The translations under genes were made by a program, and so were the position numbers. A stretch of DNA of 64,000 bases from Eledone cirrhosa (lineage: Eukaryota). Below are positions 54,208-64,000 of this stretch, piece after piece; the first letter of the stretch is position 1, and every line of letters begins with the position of its first letter. The stretch lies in the NCBI GenBank assembly GCA_964016885.1, contig OZ024748.1, forward strand, positions 7,750,001 to 7,814,000, given 5' to 3'. The notes below the pieces were generated by a model. That model was given only the letters and a program-made list of their open reading frames with translations, was not told the origin of the DNA and made no database searches.

Positions 54208-54542
54208 AGCCTTAGTGGTTCGAGCATCAGGCTTAGAATAACGAGGTTGGGAGTTCAATTCATGGACCGAGCTTTGTGTTGTGTAGTTGAGCAAGACACT
54301 TTATTTCATGTTACTCCAGCTTACTCAGCTGTAGAAATGAGTTGTGGCATCACTGGTGTCAAGCTGCATCAGCGACTGCCTTTTTATTGGACAACATTGG
54401 TAACATGAAGAGAGGTGACTGATATGCATGAGTGACTGCTGGTCTTCCACAAGGACACCTTGCACAGGCTTGGGCCTCAGAGAGAAACTTTCTAGGGGCA
54501 AAAACCATAGCCATTCATAACTGAAAGGGGTCTTTTACTTTA
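54208..54542 (+). mobile_element. SINE family 3 near-full copy, preceded by a partial duplicate (54120-54207)
   Basis: gccttagtggtt..gagttcaattc head, gagcaagacactttatttca core, tail as at 32265. Confidence 0.75.
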
Positions 54543-54742
54543 GTTGGTGTATACATGGGGTTACAAGAACACGTACTTTGTATTTCAATATCTTGCTATA
54601 ATAGGTAATAACATCAGGGGATTCTAGCCATGGTCATCTGGGTGTAAAAGGATAATGATGAGGATGGTGATGATGATAAAATGATATATATATAAAACTT
54701 GCTAAGTAAAGTGGTGAGAGGACTCTACATTTGTGTCTATGC

Positions 54743-54895
54743 TATGACAACCTCCCTAGTGCTGGTGCCATGATAACTATGATATGACAACCTCCCTAGT
54801 GCTGGTGCCATGATAACTATGATATGACAACCTCCCTAGTGCTGGTGCCATGATAACTATGATATGACAAGCTCCCTAGTGCTGGTGCCATGATA
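54743..54895. repeat. 40-bp tandem repeat, ~4 copies, within an RTE-tail repeat
   Basis: Unit tatgacaacctccctagtgctggtgccatgataactatga. Confidence 0.9.
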
Positions 54896-57800
54896 AAATT
54901 GAACCAGTTCATTCTGTAAAGTGTGAGATGTGCCCCATCCCATTCCAGCCCATCTGAGAGGTCAATAATTCTGACTTGGTCTGTGACGACCCATCTAACC
55001 CTTTGTAGCAGAGAAAATGAATCTTGAAAGATGACGGTAATGATGATGAACATCATCATCATGTTCATGATGGCAACTGCATATTATACAATATATTGAC
55101 TGCTCAATCATGGTGATAACTTATTTTGTATAATTTATCACAGTTGATTCTTGAAACACAATATATATTCTCTATATATATTCTTTCTTAGAATATACAG
55201 GAAATAACTGTTAACATAGTCGATTACTATAAATAATAACTATAGAAAATTGGATAAATCACCACAATAGATGGATATAAGTGTCTAGCAGCTGCTAGGA
55301 AGAATTGAACTTCGTACCTCTCAAAGATATTATTTTATAAGGTGTTATTTATACTGTCATTATATGTTTTCTACATTTTCTAAGAATTTCAATTAATTCA
55401 AGGCTCCGAAATATATATATATATACAAGCAAATATATATACAAGCAAATATATATACAAGCAAATTAAAAACGTAAACATGTAAGTATGTTTTTGAAAC
55501 GGTGCACGAGTTTGAAATTAGAAATTAGAAATTATAAGCTTTCACCGTATTTTAGACTAAAGAAATTTCTAGCCTGATAGTGGGGTTTATAACCCCCGGA
55601 GAAATGGAAAAAGATGAGTGTTGCCAAGAGTCAGAACCCACCGGCTGATCTCTTGCCATTTCAATGAGTCTGGAATTGGCTGTATAATATAACCATACTC
55701 TACTACTCCAAGTATTGAGTACTATGTTGAGCTATGGTCTAACCAGTTTCAAACTGAATCCGTCCTGAGATATATATATATATGTATGGACTTGTGCCAA
55801 TGTCAGAAATCTCTGAGGTTACATAATTCTAGGAAAGACATTAACCTATATGTTCATTAGAATAGTAACATACTAATGTTTGTACTCAGAAGTTCTTAAT
55901 ATCCTAGTATGGAGATAACAATTTAATACTGTATAGACAACTAGTAAAAGATAAAAAAATAAATGGGACTGTTAATTTAATAACCATATTATAATGTTTT
56001 ATGTTTTTATGTATTCTAAAAGTATATGTAGGAATACTGTAATTTGGTACTTGAAATTCACTAATAAGCAAATCTTTAGTGTACTTCCCTTCGCTTGTGG
56101 AGAAGTAGTTCTTTCCTGTCCAAAGAGCTAGTGTTCATTAGTAGCATGAAGCCATTTTCCTGCAGTAATTTATATGTATGTTGAAGTCCACCAATTGTTA
56201 TATTTGAGGCTATAACTTTATATTTGAGACAGAATATATAGCAACATTATTTTCATTTGTGCGATAACATATTATTCATTTGGGTTTTGATTTCTACAGA
56301 AACGTAAGTTCAAAAATCTAAATATTATCAACTTTTTAAAACTTTTTTCTGAATTGTATTTTGTATGAAATGGCGGCAAATCGCCTGTTATTAGAAAGTC
56401 AGATAAAATGCTTTGCAGTATTCATTCCGGTTGTCTGAGCTCTGAATTCAAATCATGCCAGGGTCAACTTTGCTGTTCATCCTTTTGAATTCGATAAAAA
56501 AAATTACTAGTCTCATACTAGGGTTGATTCTTCATTTATATCTCTTTTCTACTGTCTCTCTATCACTTTCTCTCCTTATCTGGAAGAAATTGTCTGTGTT
56601 CAGACATGGAGAGGGATGGGCTTTGTTAGAGCTAGAATTCTCAACAAATGCTGTATATCACAACAATGCCCTTGCAATTCCTCCAGGAGTTATGGGTTAA
56701 AAATCAAAATAAATTTCATATGAATAATATCTTCACAATTTGCAAGATAAACCCAAACGTATCATTCAATAGTTTCCTTAGATTTTATTTAATTTTATAT
56801 TTAATCAATGTTACCTTTCAGTATTTACATACAATCATATAGATTTTAACATTTAATTAAAAATGTTAAAACAAAAATCAATATTATTTGCTGTATACAA
56901 AATCAATACTTATTGGAATTTCTTAAACTAGTTATAGATTTCTATTAAACTATATATATTCACTTATCTTTTCTAAACCTATTATTTAAGTTTATAAATA
57001 TTTCAAATCATTAATGGCTACAATTTTAGGTTTTCATCATAACTACATATTTAACATAACATTTCATGAGGGAACATTTAAAATATTTTACAATTATCTG
57101 ATACACTGCTTATATCGACAGACTTGAGTGCATTTTAAAAAAGTTATCTCCTCAGAGGTGGAGATAGAACCATTGTTCTTATGATAGAAATCTGAGCAAG
57201 AAAGAAACTGCGTCATATTTTAGCAATGACATCTACAAGATCTACAATCTATTAAGTTACTATTTCTTTCTGCAAAAGTCAAAATTACATGAGTTTTGTT
57301 TTGTTTTTGTTTTCTTTTGTACGACAATGAAACGTTATTCACTAGTATTAAAGGTATTTCTCAACGGTTAATATAAAATCCAGTTACGGATTTGATAAAT
57401 CTTTTAAATGAATTCATACACACCAAAAATAAACATGTGTGTTTGACCTTCTCAGGTGGATTATGACAGTTTTACAACATTTGCAGTTGTTATTAGCAAA
57501 CATAAATTAGGTGTGAAATTATTTTTTTCTCTGTTTGTCTGAGGCAAGTAAAATAGAAGACACAACATAATGTCTATTGAAATTGATGACATTTCTCTCC
57601 CATGGACATAACTTTAACTCTCTGTCATGCATAAAACCTCCAATGTAATTCTTGTATCTTGATCAAATTTATAAGCAACTTTTTCTGCATGACAAATGAT
57701 CCTCCTAACGTTTTTTTTTATTTTATTTCAGAGAAATAAAATTGTCATATGTTATTTAAAGCTTATTAAAATTATACATTGAAATTATCTAAGTAGTTAA

Positions 57801-58250
57801 TAACTTCTAATATATTATCAATAGGGTTGAAAACCCCCGAAATTTTATACTAACAAATTTATTTTAAATTTATCTGTTAATGCATAAAAGAGACAATAAC
57901 GGTGGTTTTGAAATGAGATTAAAATGAGTGGTGCAAGCTGAGTAGCCAGGGCAGACCAAGGAGAAAGTGAAGTGGCTTGGCCTAAATTACAGGAAATGTG
58001 ACTCACAAAAGACAGGGTTTACTTTAAAACTCTTATAAAGTATGAAGAGGAATGACTGTAGAGGTTTCAAGACATGTCAGTCAGTAAAAAAACAAAATTG
58101 TCAAACTGTTGAAGATGAGGATATATTTAGTATGTCTGGTTAAACCATAAAGGTCTTAGTACAATTAGACAATGAAATTTAAAGATTTAGATTTACTAAG
58201 GGAGATAACACACAATAATTACAACAAATTATTTCCTTTATCTACTTTAA

Positions 58251-58486
58251 CCCTTTCATGTCTGCATTTCTAATGAAATACACTCTATTTTAATTAAGTA
58301 AAGAAGAATTTTTAGATATTTACTAAAATTATTAATTATTTCATTAAGAAGACAGTAACTAAATTTAATGTTCTTATATAAAATTATGTTGGAAGATTTT
58401 AATTCAAATTGGAAAACTTTAAAATGAGTGGTTTTATTTCATAGAACCAGAGCTGGTTTTGGACTAAAGGGTTTTGAATTAAAGGG
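58251..58486. mobile_element. piggyBac-like MITE family 2 copy
   Basis: ttaa|ccctttc...aaaggg|ttaa; interior related to 34400-34560 and (reversed) to 2915-3451. Confidence 0.6.
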
Positions 58487-59018
58487 TTAAACTCAAGAAC
58501 GCTTGTAGGATTCTAAATATTATCTATATTTATTATCATTTCAATCATTTTACCCCTTTTCAACCTTTTTCTTTGCCTTGTCTTATGCATTGTAACAAAA
58601 ATTCATGTTGTCTTTCATGTCATACATTCTTTTTGAAGGATGTTTATATTTTGTCATCTTATATTTTGATTACAAAGTGAAGCAATAGCTGATACAAGTA
58701 ACCATCTATTAACTATATATATAACCCATGCTAACGTAGAAAATGGACGTTAAATGATGATGATGATATATACATACGTGGGTCTTTCTTGTGTGTTTGA
58801 TTTATATGGATCACACATATACACACACACACAACACATACTCACATATAAACACATAGACACTGATAGAAATAATGAATATAATCAAACCTCATCAGTA
58901 ATATATTAAACAAAAGATCATTAATTGCATTATTTTATCTTATTTGTTATGTTTTATTTTTCAGTTTAAAAAGCTGAAGCCACAGTGCCAAATTATATCT
59001 GGTTAGTGTTTAATTGTC

Positions 59019-59117
59019 ATGGCAACAGAGAGAAGGATGGTGCAACAAAACGATAACAGTCCATGTCCAATTCAGACAGCTGCAATTCTTACTGTGAGAA
59101 TGGTGATGCAAGGAAAA
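59019..59117 (+). CDS. PCBP: First coding exon of poly(rC)-binding protein (PCBP/hnRNP E, mub-like); exon 58965-59117 including 5' UTR part
   Basis: Acceptor ttttattttttcag ending 58964; MATERRMVQQNDNSPCPIQTAAILTVRMVMQGK then gtaagt donor at 59118 (phase 0). LTVRMVMQGK matches the PCBP KH1 start LTIRLLMHGK. Confidence 0.88.
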
Positions 59118-59410
59118 GTAAGTCTTGGTTTTACCACAAATTCGATATATATATATATATATATATATACAATCATGATAATTACAAAGTCCAGATGTAG
59201 ATAATCTTAATTAATTTTATTCATAGTCTGCCATAATACATATTTCTGTGGCATTAATAATTACATAATGCTCTCATCATACAACCACCACCACAACCTC
59301 ATCAGACAACATCTTTAGTAATAAGGCTGTTTTGTAACATTTCTAATCTAATACAGGCTATCGACAAGGAGACAGACGAATTCAATGCCAGTCCTTTGGG
59401 AGTCTGTCCC

Positions 59411-59444
<34 letters not shown>

Positions 59445-59445
<1 letters not shown>

Positions 59446-59606
59446 CAAGAGTAAGAAATTGCCTAGACAAATGAATTTACATAGTATGCGTGTTTGTACA
59501 ATTATATAGGTGCAATGACATAAGAACATCTGTCATTGCACCTATATAATTGTAAAAACATGCATACTATGTGGATACATTTGTCTAGACAATTTCTTAC
59601 CCTTGA
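59445..59606. repeat. Intronic hairpin, ~76-bp arms, 10-nt loop
   Basis: ..acaattatataggtgcaatgaca-taagaacatc-tgtcattgcacctatataattgt.. extends out to tcaag.gtaagaaattg / caatttcttac.cttga. Confidence 0.9.
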
Positions 59607-59754
59607 CTTACTGTGTTACTGCCCCTAATGGAAATTCTTAAATTTTGTATTAGTAGAGCTGACTTTAGGTTCTAACAGTGACTATTTTTAACACTTTGGT
59701 TACCTTATACTTTTGTCAGACAATATAATTAATAATTTTATGTATTAACCAATA

Positions 59755-59842
<88 letters not shown>

Positions 59843-59934
59843 CTGTATATTCAACAAATGTTACTGTATGTATTTCTGTATATAATTGATTTACATTTAA
59901 TCCCAATTTTAATTGAATGTTATTTTTATTTCAG

Positions 59935-59958
59935 GAAGTAGGAAGTATAATTGGAAAG
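59935..59958 (+). CDS. PCBP: 24-nt micro-exon of PCBP KH1 domain (EVGSIIGK)
   Basis: tttttatttcag|GAAGTAGGAAGTATAATTGGAAAG|gtaagc; in frame with the previous exon giving MQGK-EVGSIIGK, the approach to the KH GxxG loop. Confidence 0.92.
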
Positions 59959-60017
59959 GTAAGCAAGCTATATATTTTCTATCTTCTTTTATATTTTGTA
60001 AAGAGTAATTAAATTAA

Positions 60018-60288
60018 CCCTTTACCATTTACATTACTCTCTATATATATACTATTATATTTCCATAGTAAAGTCTTTATCTCACATAATTATCTCACAC
60101 GATATGGAATTTATGAGATTTTGATGATGTTATTTATTTTGAGAACAATACCTTAACATTAGTATGAGCAACTGGTTACAGCCTGTTTGAACTAAAAGAG
60201 GTGAGAGAGTTCTGGCCAGATACAGCTGGTTTGAACAGAAAGCGGTGAGAGAATTCTGGCCGGGTTCAGCTGGTTTAATTGTTAAAGG
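60018..60288. mobile_element. MITE family 1 copy with internal duplication, 60 nt after the micro-exon
   Basis: ttaa|ccctttaccattta; gtttgaac.gaaag.ggtgagaga.ttctggcc occurs twice. Confidence 0.8.
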
Positions 60289-60964
60289 TAGCAAGAATCT
60301 TTTGAATATGCAAAAGTTCATTTAATCACTTCTTTATTTAATTACTTATATGATTTTTTTATCCCTTATTTTCTATCTTTATATTATTTAGGAATGAGAT
60401 ATTTTTTTTTTTTTTTTTGGTATTGAAGATCAACTGTATTCCGATAAAAACACATCGGAACGTAAAGTTATTTCTATAGGAAAATAGTCATTTATTTTCA
60501 GGCACAGATTTTATAAATGCAGTTAACTTTATAGAAAACTAGAGCAGCTTCTAAATTCTTCATATTTCTTTTAAATTACTAATATTTTTTATCTTTAGCG
60601 ATTTTTTAAAATTGAAATCTGAAATGTAAAATAGATCAGTTTAAACTTTATAGTAAAGTTTCTTTAGAAATTTGAAAACTATATTTTTGACTTTTAAGAC
60701 CTTAAATTGTTAGATATCATCATAGTAATTAACTACGCAGTAACTGATGCTTTCTCTCCAATAGTTCCTGCTTGTCGTCAATTGTTGTTGCTGGCTTGCC
60801 TGTTTATCAACTGAGATGTTTTATGTTCTGAAAAATTGTTTCTGAACCAAGGTTCCACTATATATATATATATATATTTATCATCATTATCATCATATAT
60901 ATATATATCATGATATATATATATATATATATATTTATCATCATCATCATATATATATATATCA

Positions 60965-61034
<70 letters not shown>

Positions 61035-61168
61035 CCAGGGAGTGTAACTTGGAGTTACTGTAGGTTCACCCAGGTGAGCACTCGATGTTTAGGTTCACTT
61101 CAGTGTCGCGGTGTAGAGCTAGACAGAGTGTACTATAGAGAAATAAGATAGTGAAATAAGATATTATT

Positions 61169-61204
<36 letters not shown>

Positions 61205-61207
<3 letters not shown>

Positions 61208-61336
61208 TTTCTGAAGAAGATGGCTGATTGAAGAGGGATTTCGAGACAAGAAATAGGTAGTAACTTAACCGCTACCATTCTAGTTGGTTCATTGATCTCC
61301 ACCAATCAATCGACCCTCTGAAACGATCGTAAAATA
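61205..61336 (+). ncRNA. Candidate hammerhead with long stem II and perfect palindromic stem III
   Basis: gttt CTGAAGA (61211-61217) aga..tgattg ... caatca..tct GAAA (61320-61323) CGATCG TA aaat; directly follows (TA)n. Confidence 0.55.
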
Positions 61337-62270
61337 ATGAACTAACTACCTATGCCTCACTTCTGTTTCTCTTATTGTTGTATGCACACACACTGATACA
61401 CATATACACACGTGTGCGTGTGTGTGTATGAATGCTTAGTAAAGGTGTTTGGTTGACATTTGTACAGTTAAGGGTTCAATTCCCAGCAATGCGTTGTCTT
61501 CCTGAGCAAGAGACTGTATTTCATGTGCTTCAGTCCACTCAGATGTCAAAAGTACCTGTAATTGAAAGAGCTGCATTGTCCCATAATGTCATGTAGAATC
61601 TCACTGAGTATGTTATGGGTATATATGTCTTTGGAATGCTCAGCCACTTGCACATTAATTTCACAAACTGGTTGTTCCATTGAGAGGGTGCTTTGCAGCA
61701 TAGAGTTACAGCCCTTTACGGTCTGAGTTCAAATTCCACCGAGGTTAACTTTGCCTTTCATCCTTACAGGGCCGATAAAATAAAGTACCAGTAACGCACT
61801 GGGTAATTGCTGGCCCTGTGCCAAAAGTAAAAACAATTATTATTACCATGGGAGTGTATCACTGGCATGGCACAAAATATAGTTCACCTTTTTCAGGATA
61901 TATTGATTAGATATCTACATTCATTACAAATTAATATTTATTACAAATCAATATTTATTACAAGTCTATATTTTTTACCTCCTATTAGTTAGAAAATTGA
62001 AATAAAACTATATTGATTGCTTTGTAGATATAAATGACATTATATATATATATAGTGTATATATTGTGTATGAATTATGTACTATATATTGTATATAAAT
62101 AATATATAGCCTGTAAATGATATATAGTGAATATAGTGATATATATTGTATATATGTATATATATATCATCATCATCATCATCATTTAACATCCATCTTC
62201 CACGCTAGCATGGGTTATATATATATATATAGGATTCCTGGCGTTCCGGCATGGGAACTCTAATAGTTAT

Positions 62271-62597
62271 GGAGGCACATGGCTTAGTGGTTAGAGCATT
62301 GGCCTTGCAATCGAAAGGTTGTGAGTTCAATTCTCAGACTTGAGCAAGACACTTTATTTTACATTACTCCAGTTTACTCAGCTGTAGAAATGAGATGATA
62401 GGGACTGGGGTCCATATCATTCCACTGCAAAGTGGTCATGGAGGTGCCACGGCAAAAAAGCACCCAGCACTCACTGTAAATGAGGTTGGTGTTAGGAAGG
62501 GCATCCAGCTGTAGAAATCAAGCCAGAATCAGTTCCCGTCCCACCCTTGCAAGCAGGGAAAAGTGGACGTAAAATGAAATGAAATGAAATGAATGAT
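62271..62597 (+). mobile_element. SINE family 2 copy
   Basis: Near-identical to the 7650 copy with a short deletion. Confidence 0.85.
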
Positions 62598-62620
62598 ATA
62601 TATCATGTAAGTGGTATATA

Positions 62621-62658
<38 letters not shown>

Positions 62659-62692
62659 ACCTGAAAGTGATATATATATATATAATATAATA

Positions 62693-63093
62693 TAATATAA
62701 GATCAAAAGATGGTTAAAGGAGTTCCATGTATTTTATTATGCGCATTTCAAAAACAAACATCATCATGCAATAATATTTGTGTTTTCATCAGATAAAACA
62801 GGAGAACATGTTATGAAGGCTAAAAAACACTTGTGGATAGTGCAGTTTTAAATCAACATATCCACAAGTGTTTTTTAGCCTTCATATCATGTTCTCCTGT
62901 TTTATCTGATGAAAACACAAATATTATTGCATGATGATGTTTGTTTTTGAAAGGCGCATAATAAAATACATGGAACTCCTTTAACCATCTTTTGATCTTA
63001 TATTATGTATACTCCAGTCCTACAAACTGTAGAGTGCTTCTTATCCGATATCTGCATTGCTTTATTGTACTACAATAAAACTCACCTCCTACA
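62693..63093 (+). mobile_element. Fold-back element family B (arms 62693-62839/62859-63005 + tail)
   Basis: ~147-bp arms with ~2 mismatches, TA-rich flanks, hammerhead motif in each arm. Confidence 0.88.
62730..62800 (-). ncRNA. Minimal hammerhead motif (plus-strand mirror at 62898-62968 has one stem-III substitution)
   Basis: Minus: tgttttat CTGATGA aaacacaaatattatt-gc-atgatgatgtttgttttt GAAA TGCGCA ta ataaaata; stem III palindrome ATGCGCAT. Confidence 0.75.
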
Positions 63094-63097
63094 TATA

Positions 63098-63178
<81 letters not shown>

Positions 63179-63187
63179 ATATATATT

Positions 63188-63480
63188 AGAAAGTGAGGTT
63201 CTTTTACAAAATGAAAACAACTAGGTATGCTACACGCGTGAAAGTATAAGGAAAAAAGATGAAATCTAAAATGCAACTGGAATCTTTTTTTTTTTATATA
63301 TATTTATTTGGTTCCTTTACCAGTTTCGCAGTTCTTGTAGAATTGAGAAGGAGGAAACCACAAACCCTCCATCTCAATTCTACTTTTGAAAAGCACAAGA
63401 ACTGCGAAACCGGTAAAGAAACCAAATAAATATATTTAAAAAAAAAAGACTCCAGTTGCATTTTCGATTTCATCTTATTT

Positions 63481-63487
<7 letters not shown>
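63188..63487 (-). mobile_element. Fold-back element with decayed hammerhead (63383-63418, +)
   Basis: Arms 63245-63355/63366-63487; right arm ctt TTGAAAA gca-caagaac-tgc GAAA CCGG TA aag; left arm lacks the core through a short deletion. Confidence 0.7.
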
Positions 63488-63527
<40 letters not shown>

Positions 63528-63530
<3 letters not shown>

Positions 63531-63755
63531 CGTATCTGAATTTGTTTACCAAGATTCTTTATCTGAAAACGTGTGTTGAAACCGATATTGTTATGCTTTG
63601 GGAGGGTCATGTTGCCAATAAGAAACACACGCACCAGTTGCTTTCACTTCAATTTATTATAAATTTATAAATTTAATTTATAATAAATTGGAGTGAAAGC
63701 AACTGGTGCGTGTGTTTCTTATTGGCAACATAACCCTCCCAAAGCATAACAATAT
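63528..63755 (-). mobile_element. Fold-back element family F (arms from 63585 to 63755, ~80 bp each)
   Basis: atattgttatgctttgggagggtcatgttgccaataagaaacacacgcaccagttgctttcac mirrored; TA flanks; ~57-nt unpaired tail. Confidence 0.8.
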
Positions 63756-64000
63756 ATATATATATATAGCCTGAAAGTGATATATAGTGTATAAATTGAT
63801 ATATATTGTATATATATATATATATATATATAGCCTGTAAGTGCTATACATAGTGTATATAGTGATATTTAGTGTATGACTCACTTTGTAATTAAAATAA
63901 TATATGTAAGGAAACGCTTCTGTTTTGTCTATACAAATGTGTTGGAGTAATCTGTACTGTCATTAGTTTTGATGTTGTGACAGAGGTTGGGATCATTGGA

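Noticed and set aside
59118-59204. C-terminal part of the 61-aa ORF 59019-59204
   Set aside because: Read-through past the gtaagt donor into intron.

Overview
AT-rich, microsatellite-dense eukaryotic DNA. The repeat repertoire (tRNA-derived SINEs, RTE/CR1/Vingi LINE fragments, Penelope-like relics, TTAA-flanked MITEs, long (TA)n runs) suggests a coleoid cephalopod such as Octopus; this is inference, not proof. Almost all ORF-track entries are spurious. The only host coding sequence I can support is the start of a PCBP/hnRNP-E (mub-like) KH-domain gene on the + strand: an ATG exon (CDS 59019-59117) and a 24-nt micro-exon EVGSIIGK (59935-59958). The rest of the gene lies beyond the window. The most striking unexplained structure is a set of short non-coding fold-back elements, mostly embedded in (TA)n runs. 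Three carry complete minimal type-I hammerhead ribozyme motifs on both strands (31134-31545, 52534-52867, 62693-63093). Solo hammerheads occur at 39041-39083 (just downstream of a Penelope GIY-YIG ORF) and 61205-61336. Several families share a fixed arm/tail boundary next to an ACTC..GAGT-type hairpin. Also visible: SINE-LINE 3'-end sharing, nested TTAA MITEs, a tRNA-Asp/RTE-tail chimera, and minisatellites amplified from transposon ends. All alignments and folds were done by eye, and boundaries are approximate unless stated.
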